A DNA stretch of 64,000 nt, taken from positions 1 through 64,000 of the forward strand of contig JAQGDQ010000602.1 of the NCBI GenBank assembly GCA_030141605.1, given 5' to 3'. The position numbers and the translations under genes were made by a program. Below the pieces are notes generated by a model. The model saw only the letters and a list, made by a program, of their open reading frames with translations. It was not told where the DNA came from and did not search any database. This DNA is from Tubiluchus corallicola. Its lineage: Eukaryota > Animalia > Priapulida. Each line of letters starts with the position of its first letter. Position 1 is the first letter of the stretch. Positions 42,501 to 54,353 of the stretch are shown one piece after another.

Positions 42501-45500
42501 CCAAGCTGAGAAACGAAGATAAAAGACTTTGTGAGAACAGTTAATATTTATAAGAACTTACAATTATAATTTTGTGTTGTGGAGATCACTGGCATCTATT
42601 TGAATTAAATAGAACATTGTAGAATGTTCCATAGCATAACAGAATAATCGTCTTACCTTGTAGAATGTTCTAGAAAGAAACGTCTAGAATGTTCCCTGGC
42701 ATGCTATATAAGGCGAAGCAGGCCACAGAGAGACACACACAGATTCACACAGACGCCACTTACACATTCTCTTGTATACTTGTATTTTCAGACACACTTA
42801 AACGTTTTCCAGATTTTCACATTTACTGTAAACATTTCGCGTTCCTTCATACTTTTGTGTTATAGAATTCTCACTTAATAAACTAGTTTAATTTGACAAA
42901 GTGTTTTCTGGTTTTCTCTACGAGCCTTTTGAGAGAAACAACACACAACATTTTGACAAAAAGTTTGCTACTATAATATTAATAAAACTGCTACTTTAAA
43001 CAAATTATGTTGTAATAAAAGCAGAACAGAGGAAACAGCACCTATTATCTGCGTGACAAAGAGCTACTAACAAATGAACACGTTTGAAAAAACAATTTCT
43101 GCAAATACAACTTTACTAAAAAGGAAAAAAATCACTGAAAAACTAAATCGATGAGTTACTAAACAATGTTTACCGCAGAGTCCTGCCTCGCGTTCAAATC
43201 TAGATTAGTCACGACCGTAAATGGAGACTTTACTGTGTGATTAAACTTCCAAGGCCTGAAAAAAATTAAAAGCATAAAATGTACAAAACAAGAAAAATGA
43301 AAGGCGGCTGATCAAGAAATTAACGATCTAAGTAACAACAAAACAATTTGATAACAAAATCGATTACACGGTTATCATATGTACATTATGTGGTTTTTAT
43401 CTGTTTATTACATGGTTAGTACCCATCCCTTACATGATTATTTTACCTGAGTATTACATTATTACTTGTTTATTACATGGTTACTACTATATCACTATCT
43501 GTGTATTACACAGATATTATTAGCTCATTACGTGGTTTTTACCTGTTTATTACATGGTTAGTACCCATCCCTTATATGGTTATTTTACTCGAGTATTACA
43601 TGATTATTACTTGTTTATTACATGGTTAGTACTTAGTACTATATCACTACTTGTGTATGACACGGATATTATTAGCTCATTAGTGGTTTTTACCTGTTTA
43701 TTACATGGTTAGTACCCATCCCTTATATGGTTATTTTACTCGAGTATTACATGATTATTACTTGTTTATTACATGGTTAGTACTTAGTACTATATCACTA
43801 CTTGTGTATGACACGGATATTATTAGCTCATTAGTGGTTTTTACCTGTTTATTACATGGTTAGTACCCATCCCTTATATGGTTATTTTACTCGAGTATTA
43901 CATGATTATTACTTGTTTATTACATGGTTAGTACTTAGTACTATATCACTACTTGTATATTACACGGATATTATTAGCTCATTAGTGGTTTTTACCTGTT
44001 TATTACATGGTTAGTACCCATCCCTTATATGGTTATTTTACTCGAGTATTACATGATTATTACTTGTTTATTACATGGTTAGTACTATATCACTACTTGT
44101 ATATTACACAGATATTATTAGCTCATTACGTGCTTTTTACCTGTTTATTACTTGGCTTTCACCTGTTTATTACGTGGTTAATACCCATTTCTTACATGGT
44201 TATTTTACCTGTCTATTACATAGTTATTCCTTAGTTTATTACATGTTTATTACCAGTTTATTACCGTGTCACTAACTTGTCTATTACATCATTTACACGT
44301 CATTACCTGTCTATTACACCCTTGACAAAGTATCTAACGCGTCCATGGCTTCCTTCAAAGCTGGATGGTAAATGTAAGGGTAGAGTGAACTGGAAGTTGA
44401 AACTGTGCAGTCCCGGGTCCAGTGTTGGATTGTCTCCTGATTCTCCCTCCTCTGATTTTTCCACAAAAATATAGTCAGTCAATAATTAATTAACTAGTTG
44501 ATAATGTTTCTGACATCGCCAGAAACTGAATATTTTGCAAACAATGGTTATAAAATTGAACCTTAAAATAAAGAGACGACAGCCTATTTTTGAAAGTGCT
44601 TATTTTCGTTTATTGAATTCACCTTGCAGGGTTGCATTTTGAGATGTTAGCAATATCTTGTATTGAAAATTAGCGAGCTTTTCTTTGTCTCGTGCTGTCG
44701 AACGCCTCTGCAGTTGGCAACGTCCGTACGTACTTACGGATTGAGGCAAAACCCGGACAAACTGCCAATTTTTTGAAAATCTGCCTGGATGCCCGGAGAG
44801 AGGCCCAAAAACAGGACGTGTCCGGGGAAACCCGGACGTATGGTAACCCTACATTAATGATATATGCCTATATGTTTGGCTACAATACAGCTTTGCATGC
44901 TTTTACTGTAACCTGTAAAACAGTACAAGGTATTCGCCTAAAAGAAACTAATGATAGATTAAGTTCTTAAAGAATAAAAAAGTAGCTGGGCTTTTAGCTC
45001 AAAAAAGCAAATACAATTATCACGTAGTTAACAGAAAAAATTGGGTCATTCATCAGCCATTTTAAGATAAAATTTTCCACAAATGTTCCTGCCTGAATAG
45101 AGTGCTATTCATTCATAGATCACAATAAAAAATACGACACATTTATTTACATAAAAATAAAGAAAAGGTTTTTTGCTATCACCTGAGAACTTAAAGGAAA
45201 ACCGGATTATTGTGTAAGCCGCGCGAAGCCATTATGATGAATGAAATTTTTTTTTGAAAAAAAAAACAAAAACGTTTAAACTAAATTGCTTCATAAATTT
45301 TTTCCTAAGTGCAAGCAGCGAGACTGTCAATGAAATTATCAAATTATCTTGTTTTTCTGTCACCGCCGTTATTATCATTATCATTTTTAACTATGACGAT
45401 TCTGCTATCATAATCATTACTGCGTTTTTCTTTGCGGCTTGGATTTTTGGCTGGCCCTAAAGCATGTGCCTTGTTTGCACAATGGTTGAACCGATGCTGA

Positions 45501-48500
45501 CAAGCGAACTAAGTTTGCTCACAAGCCTAACATAGATTAACTTAACATTTTATGTTTGTATGAATGCAGTGCACACCCAAGAAACTTGAACCATACCCAA
45601 AAGCAAATATACACAGCTAGATTTTATGGTCAAACACACAGTACAATCTGCTTTATGATATTTTGGAGATAAAAAAACAATCAAATGTGCTAATATGTAA
45701 ATGCAATAATGTAATGTAGTAAGTGCAGTGTTGTTACACGTTGTATCATAAGCAACAGATTTTAGACCAGTGCACAACATACAGTAAACTCTGCATAACT
45801 CAAAATCGCATAGCTCAAACAATTTCAGCGGAACGGATGAAATCCTTCGTTTTTTCCACAAAAAAACATCGCTTAACCCAAAATATGTAACTCGAATCCA
45901 TATAATTAGATCCATTTAATCAAAATACATGTAATCTACTTCGCCTAACGAAAAAATGCAATTTATATTCCAGAAAAATACAGTTTTTTTTATTTTGTAC
46001 AACTCAAAAAGATACCGTCTTCCGAGAAAATTTCGATGTCTTACAACTCATGCCCCCCCCACCATTATTCCACTTGGATTGATCTTTCCAGGAAGGTGTC
46101 AAGATGGCGATGTGAAAACAATCACTCTGTTGGCATTGTCTGTTCAAATGCACTGTCTCTGTCTAATATTTAATTATATTATTGTCTTGGTCTGAAATTC
46201 GACTGTCATCTGGACCTGGTGCAGATAAAGATCACTGAATATTTGATGGAGAGTGTGTAAATAATCTAACTAAGTACAAACTGAACTGCAGTACGTAAGA
46301 CATTGGTAGCCCTACTGTCATATTGTTTAACAGTGTTGTATACGTGTCCTTTTCTAACATAAAAAATCGTGTTTGACTGCACAATTTGTTATGATTTATC
46401 TAATTGTCATGAAAGCTCGTCGTTCATGTATAAAAGGGTCGACTTTCTGTCTTCTATTCAGCTAGCCGTCTGGAGGAAGGGTTTAGACTTTCTATGCTGG
46501 AAAATTTTCAACATCGCCTATCTGAAAGTTTTCTTTTCGGTCCGGTTAGATTTCAGTTATGCGGAGTTTACTGTGCATTCAACGACTCGTGTAAACTAGA
46601 CTAAACTTTATACGATGCGCTTGAAGCTAAACCTGTCAATGCTCAAAGACAACGCGTATTTCATATAAACAAACAACCTTAGACACTGCTTGACGGAATT
46701 TTCCTCACAATGCAGAGAAAGAGAAAACTTGCAGACGGTTTTTCCTAACCCGCTAATAAGCATGCTCACTTTTCTCCTGCACATGCGATTTTACTGACGA
46801 CATGCGCAGAAATTTCTGTGAAAACAGGTTTTGTATAAAATAACTATCTGTACGGAAAAGAAAAACAGACAAATTTACGAAATTTACAAATTTACAGACA
46901 AGACAAAATTTGTATCCTGGTGTACAATGTAAACCTATCGTATAGTTCATATTCCTTGCACGCAAACACAGACTCCAAAATCATGCTTTGTAACCAGGGC
47001 CAGTGCTAGGAAGTGTCAGGGCCAATTAGAAAATTGTTGTTAGAGCCGTTTACCCTACAAGTCACAGTACTTACTGACATGCTGCTTGCACACAGGCCTT
47101 CTAAAAGCAGACTTTTCTGGCTTTTTATCAGAGAAATCTTTCAAAATCATTTCAAAGTCAATGGTTTCTGTAATGTTGTCTTCTACTGATAGCATCGCCA
47201 AATTATTTAGTCTCTCTTTTGAAATTGTTAACCATAGGTACGTTTTTATCTGCATTGGGGGTTTGACTATCATACACAAACTAGCAAAAATAAAATCCAA
47301 TGTCGATATAACTCGGTCTACGGCTCGAATAGAGCTAGAAATTACCTTTCCTAAAAGTAAATGGAGACGACAAACTGAAATGCAAAACAAATAAACAAAC
47401 GATCAGCAAAAACACATTGAAACAGATATATACAAGGACAGACTGAATAGTTTCACTGCCTTCACAGTATTAAGAAAGTTCGTGCACACTGGACACTCAC
47501 TAATTCATCAAAGTGTCCTCCGCTCAAGCGTGTGTGTGTGGGGGGACAGACTGAATAGTTTCACTGCCTTCACAGTATTAAGAAAGTTCGTGCACACTGG
47601 ACACTCATTAATTCATCATAGCATCCTCCGCTCAAGCGTGTGTGTGTGGGGGGACAGACTGAATAGTTTCACTGCCTTCACAGTATTAAGAAACTTCGTG
47701 CACACTGGACACTCATTAATTCATCATAGTGTCCTCCGCTTGAGTGTGCAGGGTCCCTCTTAGCGTGGGGCCCAATTTCAAAAAATCTGTCTAACTGGCT
47801 TCAATGCAACCTTGTTTGTAACTTTACTAACTTTCCAAATGTAGTTTAAAGAATCTTACCTTTGCCATATACTGTGATTGTTTCCTTAAAGTATGGTTCG
47901 TGGTTTGTATAACTGACAGTGTATGTTGTTGTTGTTTTGCCGCTTGACTGGGTCCTTGATTCTGTCCAGCGGACATTTGCTTCACCGTTGAAGATCACTC
48001 GAATACCTAGGAAATGGTCACCAAATGATTTCAAAGATAACAAAACTTAAAGGAAGACAGGATGATTTTTCATATACTACCCCATTTTCTGATCCGATGA
48101 AAAGTATGCATTTTAACACAATGAGTACTGTAAAAGCATTTCTGATAATTAAATAATAGATTAAAAACTTAATTAGCTGCGGGCGAGCCCAACCAATGAT
48201 GATGTCACAAACTAACATAATTTCCAATAGCAATGGCATGTTGAGAAATGACAGAATTGAACATAAATGAAAAAAAACGTTTTAAACAATAGTAGTGAAT
48301 CTTATCCAAAACATCCAATTTCGTAAAGAAACTTTGGCATGTACTAAATTATAAGTTCAAATTCCATAGTTACATTGAAAACCATTTTCAAACAGATAAA
48401 TGAACAAGACCATTTTTGCAAAACAGCATTATAATACATGACAAATTTGAATTCTGACCTAAATCAATTCTCCATTCTACACGACAATCAAACCTCGTTA

Positions 48501-49700
48501 TATCGCCAGGTCTGGGACACTACTAAATATGGCGCTATAGCGGGGCTGGCAGTAAGGCGAGGTTCATTAAATGCCAGTCATTCTTCTGTGTAGCCTCTAT
48601 TTTGTTTCCTAGTTAATTTTAATATGACATTAATTTTATAATATTAATATACCTACAACAATACATGTGTTATACTGTACATTTCTGCTGCATTAACAAA
48701 AATGCAGGTGTAGTTACGGCCGTACGTTACAAAACTTTTAGGTTAACACATTGTGGAGTAGCACTCTTGTGAAATGCTGCTCTCTCTTGGTAAGAGCAAT
48801 ATGCAACTACGCAGCCCACCCACGCTCCCAACGTAACATTACTAGATAATCAACACTATAAATAGTTGCAGCATATAACTTGACCTTGAGTAAAACAGTA
48901 TGATGTTATTATACCTACAAGAATACCCGTGTTATACAATGTACGTTTTTGCTGCATTAATAATGCAGGTGTAGTTCTACGATGATACATTATAAAACCT
49001 TTACGTAACACAACGTGGAGAAGAAATCTTGTGAAATACTGGTTAATTAGCCTACTGCTCATAAGAGAAGTATGCAGCCATGCGACTCTTTCACGTTCCC
49101 AACGTGAAAAATATTACAGGAAAATTAAGAATATAAATAGCCGCCGAATATAACTTGCGCTTGAGCTTTCACAGCTGTTAAATTCACATCAGTTCAGCAC
49201 TGAAGGTTAGCTAAGCAACTCTTGCATTCTTAAAATGCATGTTCCTTGCTCAAAACTTTAGCATTCACTTTCATACTGTCACCTGCAGCAACACCTAAAT
49301 CTGAATTTAAACGCCATAATTGTTCTTCAATTCAAAGATGATTGCTTTTACAACACAATTCAGCAACCATTCATTATACTTTATCTTGGCTGGTGTTATA
49401 AAGGGGTAAATTTATTATGCAAGATAAACTTTTGGCACAGCAGATACGTTGGCGGTATTCCCTGTATTTAATATTATTATGGAAATAGGGACAGGGCAAA
49501 AGCTCGCGTTCTAATGGGGGCGGTATAACGAGGTTCGACTGATCATGAATTTGCCAATTAGCGAAAGTCTCACCTCTCATTTTCATTGGCTCATTTAGCT
49601 CTACAATCACCTGTCCTGATATCGTTTGTCCAGCGTAAAACACTGGAGATGCATGGCTGCAGTTCGAAAAATGAATTTCCAGTTTTTTAAGCTTTCCCAT
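36579..49700 (-). CDS. Alpha-arrestin / arrestin domain-containing protein (ARRDC family), copy A, 383 aa. Exons 49574-49700, 47860-48006, 44307-44451, 43174-43255, 42323-42505, 38830-39009, 37747-37912, 36579-36700
   Basis: Eight exons with GT..AG boundaries, 1152 nt in one frame. Arrestin_N motifs: VFYAGQTISGQVIVEL, GIRVIFNGEANVRW, HSFNFQFTLP..LPSSFEG.HG.VRY, IDRPWKF. Arrestin_C motifs: CCLCCKSGPI, GYVPGQ.IPV..EI.N, PSTPPS...CSIIDIKY, LPVVIGTIPL. C-terminal PPSY (PPxY) motif. Confidence 0.95.
37196..37320. repeat. 31-bp tandem repeat, about 4 copies
   Basis: CATTTTGCAACAGGTGGCGCTA.GGTACTACA. Confidence 0.85.
38032..38762 (+). mobile_element. hAT-type MITE with an internal triplication of about 165 bp, in ARRDC-A intron 6
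   Basis: TIRs CAGTGGCGGCT / AGCCGCCACTG. Flanks GGGTTAAT / CGGATAAT (6/8). Relatives start at 54797, 59055 and 61499. Confidence 0.82.
39173..40937. repeat. Purine-rich 62/65-bp minisatellite (about 27 units) with a 192-bp trimeric higher-order repeat
   Basis: Unit GGTAGAACTTGTACAGGACTGAGCAGAAGACAAAATGGAAAGAGAAG(AAA)TAAAAGGTGCAAGAA. Explains the 497-aa and 379-aa pseudo-ORFs. Confidence 0.96.
41236..41535 (+). repeat. Degenerate (TTAGGG)-like G-rich tract
   Basis: GGTTAGG / GGGTTGGGG / GGATTAGG hexamer variants; potential G-quadruplex. Confidence 0.85.
41597..42196. mobile_element. Possible MITE with degenerate 19-bp TIRs
   Basis: GTGCGGTTTTCACAGAGCT versus reverse complement of the right end GTGAGGGTTTCACGGGGCT (15/19). 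No clear TSD. Confidence 0.4.
42575..42950 (+). mobile_element. Solo LTR (376 bp) in ARRDC-A intron 4, antisense to the host gene
   Basis: Ends TGTTGTG..CACAACA; perfect 5-bp TSD TTTTG (42570-42574 and 42951-42955); TATATAA at 42705-42711; AATAAA at about 42877. Confidence 0.85.
42611..42711 (+). promoter_or_regulatory. Heat-shock element clusters plus TATA box within the solo LTR
   Basis: aGAAcaTTGtaGAAtgTTCc (42611-42630), perfect aGAAtgTTCtaGAAa (42662-42676), cGTCtaGAAtgTTCc (42681-42695), then TATATAA. Confidence 0.7.
43385..44318. repeat. About 151-bp tandem repeat built from subunits resembling the ARRDC-A exon 3 donor junction
   Basis: GTACCCATCCCTTA recurs at 43561, 43712 and 43863. 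Subunit TTACCTGTTTATTACA versus the true junction TTACCTGTCTATTACA. Confidence 0.88.
44625..44851 (-). mobile_element. Truncated inverted copy of the 33642-34196 hAT MITE, in ARRDC-A intron 2
   Basis: Reverse complement aligns with 33642-33860 and ends in TATGGTAACCCTA. Confidence 0.85.
45782..46573. mobile_element. Tc1/mariner (pogo/Tigger-like) MITE
   Basis: TIR CAGTAAACTCTGCATAACTCAAA versus reverse complement CAGTAAACTCCGCATAACTGAAA. TA on the left, TG on the right. Confidence 0.8.
46995..47814 (-). mobile_element. Internally deleted hAT transposon retaining the transposase C-terminal dimerization fragment and a 109-bp triplication
   Basis: Perfect 8-bp TSD TTTGTAAC (46987-46994 and 47815-47822); left end CAGGGCC. 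ORF segment IKTYLWLTISKERLNNLAMLSVED..IDFEMILKDFSDKK matches the hATC motif. Confidence 0.85.
48485..49541. mobile_element. pogo/Tigger-like MITE filling about two thirds of ARRDC-A intron 1
   Basis: Left CAATCAAACCTCGTTATATCGCC versus reverse complement of the right end CAGTCGAACCTCGTTATACCGCC (20/23). Contains an internal duplication. Confidence 0.72.
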
Positions 49701-50763
49701 GTTGCAGACAACAAACGAACAAAAATTAACCGAGCATTTCAACAAACTGAAAACTTCACACTTATTTTACATTCTAGGATAAAATAAAAGCTAATGACCG
49801 TAATGTACATACGCAGGTATTTACCCAGTATTTACACAATGTATTTACAATCACACAACATGTGCTTTAGGCTTGGCTCATGCAATAATAAATTGCGCCA
49901 CCTATTGACTATTTTCTTCAACAATAGAATCACAAATATCATATTCAGTTACAAACTCATAATCAATAAAAAATATTAGTCCAATGAAAATGATCGTACA
50001 AAGGCTAGAAATGGCTTAAAACATGTAAATTCGACCTCACAAAATCTAAATTACATAAAGTGATTAATCTGCATTTTTTTAAAATCCATTTTACAATGTT
50101 GTCACACACTGTTAATTGGTTTACTGGAACTCAAAAGCAAAACAATAAGCCTTTTCACAGTTCCAGCGATTGACGATGACCGTGAAAAGGTCAAAGGTTA
50201 AGTCCCCGACAACACATTTGTTTACACTTGACAACACTTTGCAGCCTATGCTGCTGTAATACTAACAGTTTTAACAGGCAGCTAGAACCTTACCAAGTTC
50301 ATTTTTTCTTGTTCTCCAGCAAGATCCTGCTAGAAAATCACTCTGTGCATAGACTAATGCATAATTAAGTAAAGTCTGCATAAAACTACGGAAGTGACTG
50401 GACTGGTACAGCAGAAGACTTTGCTTTACACATATGTCACGTAACAGTTGTAGTAAAGATGCGTTGTTGTGGTACACTTAACATTTGACCTGCAGTAACT
50501 ACATGTGCATATTCACATTTTGCACAGAAAGATTTGAACACTTCAGCACTGAACTTTAGAGATATGTGAACTTGGTACACTGCAGCGAGTAAAGAGTTCT
50601 AGCATAAAGATGTGAATAGAATCATGTCCCTGGATGTATGATTCATTGGATGATGATGATGCACACAACAAAACTGTAAAAAGGTTTATTATGAAAAAAA
50701 ACTGAAAAGATAAAAACCATTTAATCTTGAATAAATTACATATACATTTCGTTTATTAGCTAC

Positions 50764-51290
50764 TAGTGTTCCCTCGCTACTTCGCGGCTCGTTTATCGCG
50801 GACTCGCTGTTTCGCGGGTTTTCAAAAATATTAATGTAAAATATTTATCGCGGTATTTTCGCTGTTTCGCGGGTTTTTGCGGTACTCCGTCTGAAGTATT
50901 TTTGCACATGCGCAGTACGTATTGTACAGTAATGTATAGACTTGATGAATTTTGCATAAAAAAAAATCACTAAATGTTTGAAAATATATTAAAAATATTA
51001 CTTCTAGCATTAAAAGAGTATTATAAATCATAAAAATTACCATTTACAGTAAATATTGTATTTATTCGGCAGATGAATACACACCAAAAACAAAATGTAG
51101 TATTTGCACCCGCTTGAGATGCTACTTGCCGAAATGAGATTGTACACAACACACGATTAGTTGATTGATGGAAAGCGACCAACCAGAGAATGTATAACTG
51201 TTAAAATAAGTATAGCATCCACACTTCGCAGAAATTCATTTATCGCGGGTGGGCCTGGAACGGAACACCCACGATAAGTGAATACAGGTC
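50764..51290. mobile_element. pogo/Tigger-like MITE remnant
   Basis: TAGTGTTCCCTCGCTACTTCGCGG with repeated TCGCGG subterminal motifs at both ends; right TIR degraded. Confidence 0.6.
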
Positions 51291-51969
51291 GTGGATTGAC
51301 GAGTTTACATTTGCAAAAATTTCTCAAAGATATGGTGTCATGACTGATTACTTTTACAATTTCCCTATATTACAAACACAAATAAAAATAAACGGTTCAT
51401 TTCTAAGAAAATTCTGCTATTGCAGAGTGAAATAATCAGGAAATAAAACGAAATGATTGACCACCATCTTCTCATAACTTTTAAATAGTACATCTATCAT
51501 TTTTTGAAACTGTACATGTTAACTGAGAGAATTCAATTTTAGTCAATCCATGTTACAAGTATGATATACCTGGTATAAATCATGAAAGATCAATGACCTT
51601 TTAAAACCTCACACGTTACTTGCAAGTTCCAAGGCTTCTCAAAAACACCGGTTTATTATAGTTAATAGCATAGAAATGTAAATTTACTGTATAAATTTGG
51701 TTTAAATTAACGTTCACAATCAAGAATCCTTTTGAAAGGAAAGAGTACAACACCTAATACAGCGATACATGTCACAATTATGCAAAGTCTGTTATGCAAT
51801 AACATTAAATTTAAATAACAATGATTTCAATTTACTCAGCATGTCATTTTACAAGCATTTCATAACAATTATTCATATCCTAATTTAAAGATTTACTATT
51901 ACCAATGCAATGAACCCATTTATTGAATTTTGAACTTAACTTGTCTGAAAAAAGGCAATAAAAACAAGT

Positions 51970-52165
51970 CGAGAAGACGTTGGACATGAACCAGGTGCCT
52001 TTCGCTTACAAGTCACACACCAAGATCACTAAACAACCCTGCTTCAGTGTTCATGCCCTGTGCAATTAACATCTGTGATGAGCGCTGGAGCAGAGTAGTC
52101 TAGTGGTCACGGAGTTTGCCTGCCTTGTAAGTGGAAGATTCCTAGTTCAAATCCGCGTTCTATAC
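51970..52165. mobile_element. Two divergently oriented degenerate tRNA-like (SINE-head) segments
   Basis: Plus strand 52090-52165 has an A box TAGTCTAGTGG and a B box AGTTCAAATCC. Minus strand 51975-52043 has TTGTTTAGTGA and GGTTCATGTCC. Neither folds as an intact tRNA by eye. Confidence 0.5.
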
Positions 52166-53625
52166 CAAATTCCCTACATTTTTTCTGGATGAGTTTCGTT
52201 GAACAACAAATTCTAGCAAAAAAATGACACAAACGACCAAACACACTAAAACTTTATTCCGTCACAAAATCGCATACAATTCTCCACACAATTTAACTAT
52301 CCTAATCCTAATCCACTTTGCGAACTAATTTCTTGCGTGTGGGGAATTGTAAACATTAGCCAATGCTTCTTTATTAATACTGTTTCACGTAGAATTAAAA
52401 ATACAGCAGAACTTCAATTATGAGAACATCTTTTATCGTAAATAGTGAACAAATTTTTCACAGCTTGTGAATGGCAAGTTATAGTCATTATGACTTTCAT
52501 TGATACGACTCGAGTTTTATATATATATTTATTATATATATGTAACATATGTATAACATGTATAATATATAACATATGTATATTATCTTAAGTTACAAAC
52601 AAGCACATTTACAATTCATAATACTTTTGCATATCTGAGAAGTAATGGGATGAATCTAACATAATTAGCATGTCGCGAAGTTCGCCTTAATTACTTCGCG
52701 TTGATTGATTTGACTTTCACATATTACATTGTTTCTTTTTGCTCATTTTTTCATCTCATCCCCTCCCCTTTTTTAGGCTTGTTACAGCATCGATATAGCT
52801 TAAACTTCCCTCTAATCTTACTGTACTTATTTGCTTCTGAATGACCTTTTACATTAATAGTGTCCTAGTTTTCTGTATTTAAGCTGTGTACGACAGGTCT
52901 ACCGTGAACATTTAGACCTGTGGGCTAGCCAGGCTAATTGCTCCGATGTGTTTTAGTATAGCACTATTTCAGTATTGATAATTATGTTATTTCAGTATTG
53001 ATAATTATGTTATCTATGTACTTGATAGTATAGATGTTATAATATAATTCCTCGTGACTTGTTAATGATTGTTTTTTATTTTATTGAAAAGGCTAACAGG
53101 CTTAATACTTGTGGGCAAAGTTTAATTTCAGTTCCAGCTCTCCCACCTATTTCATTACCCACAAAGCATGCCACATTTACTGAAAAAAAGTTTAAATTAA
53201 ACATCAACTCAAATTAAATTCATAGTTTAATGACTGAATAATCCACGATTGATGAACTTTTGAAACCAAGCAGAACCCTTACAATGCAAACTGCTTAGAA
53301 AATGTAAGCAGAAAGTCCCTGGTTCAAATCTAGGCTGAATAAAACTTTTTCACATTTTCTACTTTTCAAGTACGTTGTGTGTTCAAGTACGTTGAGTGAA
53401 ATTTAAATAATTGTGTGTTTGTATTGATAGGCTATATTGAATAAGTACTTGCCACAAACAAAAATTCAGATGTTTGAAGTTCTACTAGATAAGCAAACAA
53501 ATATATCGATACTTATCTTCAACAAATTTATAAAACACAAAAGAAAATACAGAGAGCTTTATCTCCCATGACTTTCCCGCCAGTAGATCAGCCAATGCTG
53601 GCACCCAATACGGATCATGCACGGG

Positions 53626-54283
53626 TTAGTGCCCATAATAGGGATATACTGGAGCGTAGTTCAGGTTTCCCATTGTGTAGTCAGTGTCATCCTCTCCTTT
53701 GATATTTACAGGACCAGAAAATAATTCCGAATATGATGGTGGCGCTGCAATGCGAATGAACTTAATTGGTAAGAATGTTTAAACATTCATGTTGCCAACA
53801 AAAGAGAAAAAATTGAAATAATAGGAATTTCTAAACATTCATGTTGCTAACAAAAGAGAAAAATTGAAATAATAAGAATGTTTAAACATTCATGTTGCCA
53901 ACAAAAGAGAAAAGATTGAAACAATAAGAATGTTTAAACATTTAAACAATGTCAACTCTATGGAACAGCCAGCATTTCAGACACTTTCGAGCACTAACGC
54001 TTTTACGATACAGATTAAAACATATTTGCTTAAATAGCATACAGTCTTTGAAGTGATCAAATGATATGTTGTTACGTGCTTGTCTTTTGTGAATCTGTGT
54101 GTTTTTATGAATTTACTTATTGTAATTTTATGAAATTTAGTAAGATTACTGTTTAATCTTATAAACCTTTTTTAAGTCTGTCATGACGTTAGATATTTTT
54201 GTGAAGCGTTTTTGAATATTGTCAGTTGTGCTTTCTAGATTCAGATGCTCCACAAGAAAAATATTATTATTAGAAGTATTAAT

Positions 54284-54353
<70 letters not shown>

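Noticed and set aside
45197-45500. Additional hAT MITE
   Set aside because: The ends loosely resemble hAT MITE termini, but the TIRs and TSD are too degraded to support a call.
47055-47390. Host ZMYM1-like gene
   Set aside because: Only a degenerate hATC fragment, lying inside an element bounded by a perfect 8-bp TSD.
52090-52165. Functional tRNA gene
   Set aside because: A and B boxes are present but the acceptor and anticodon stems do not pair; treated as SINE-like. The same holds for B-box-like hits near 6250, 15410 and 53320.
53480-53628. Stop-codon readthrough extension of ARRDC-B
   Set aside because: The frame stays open for about 46 codons after TAA, but TAA is the least leaky stop and paralog A has no similar extension.
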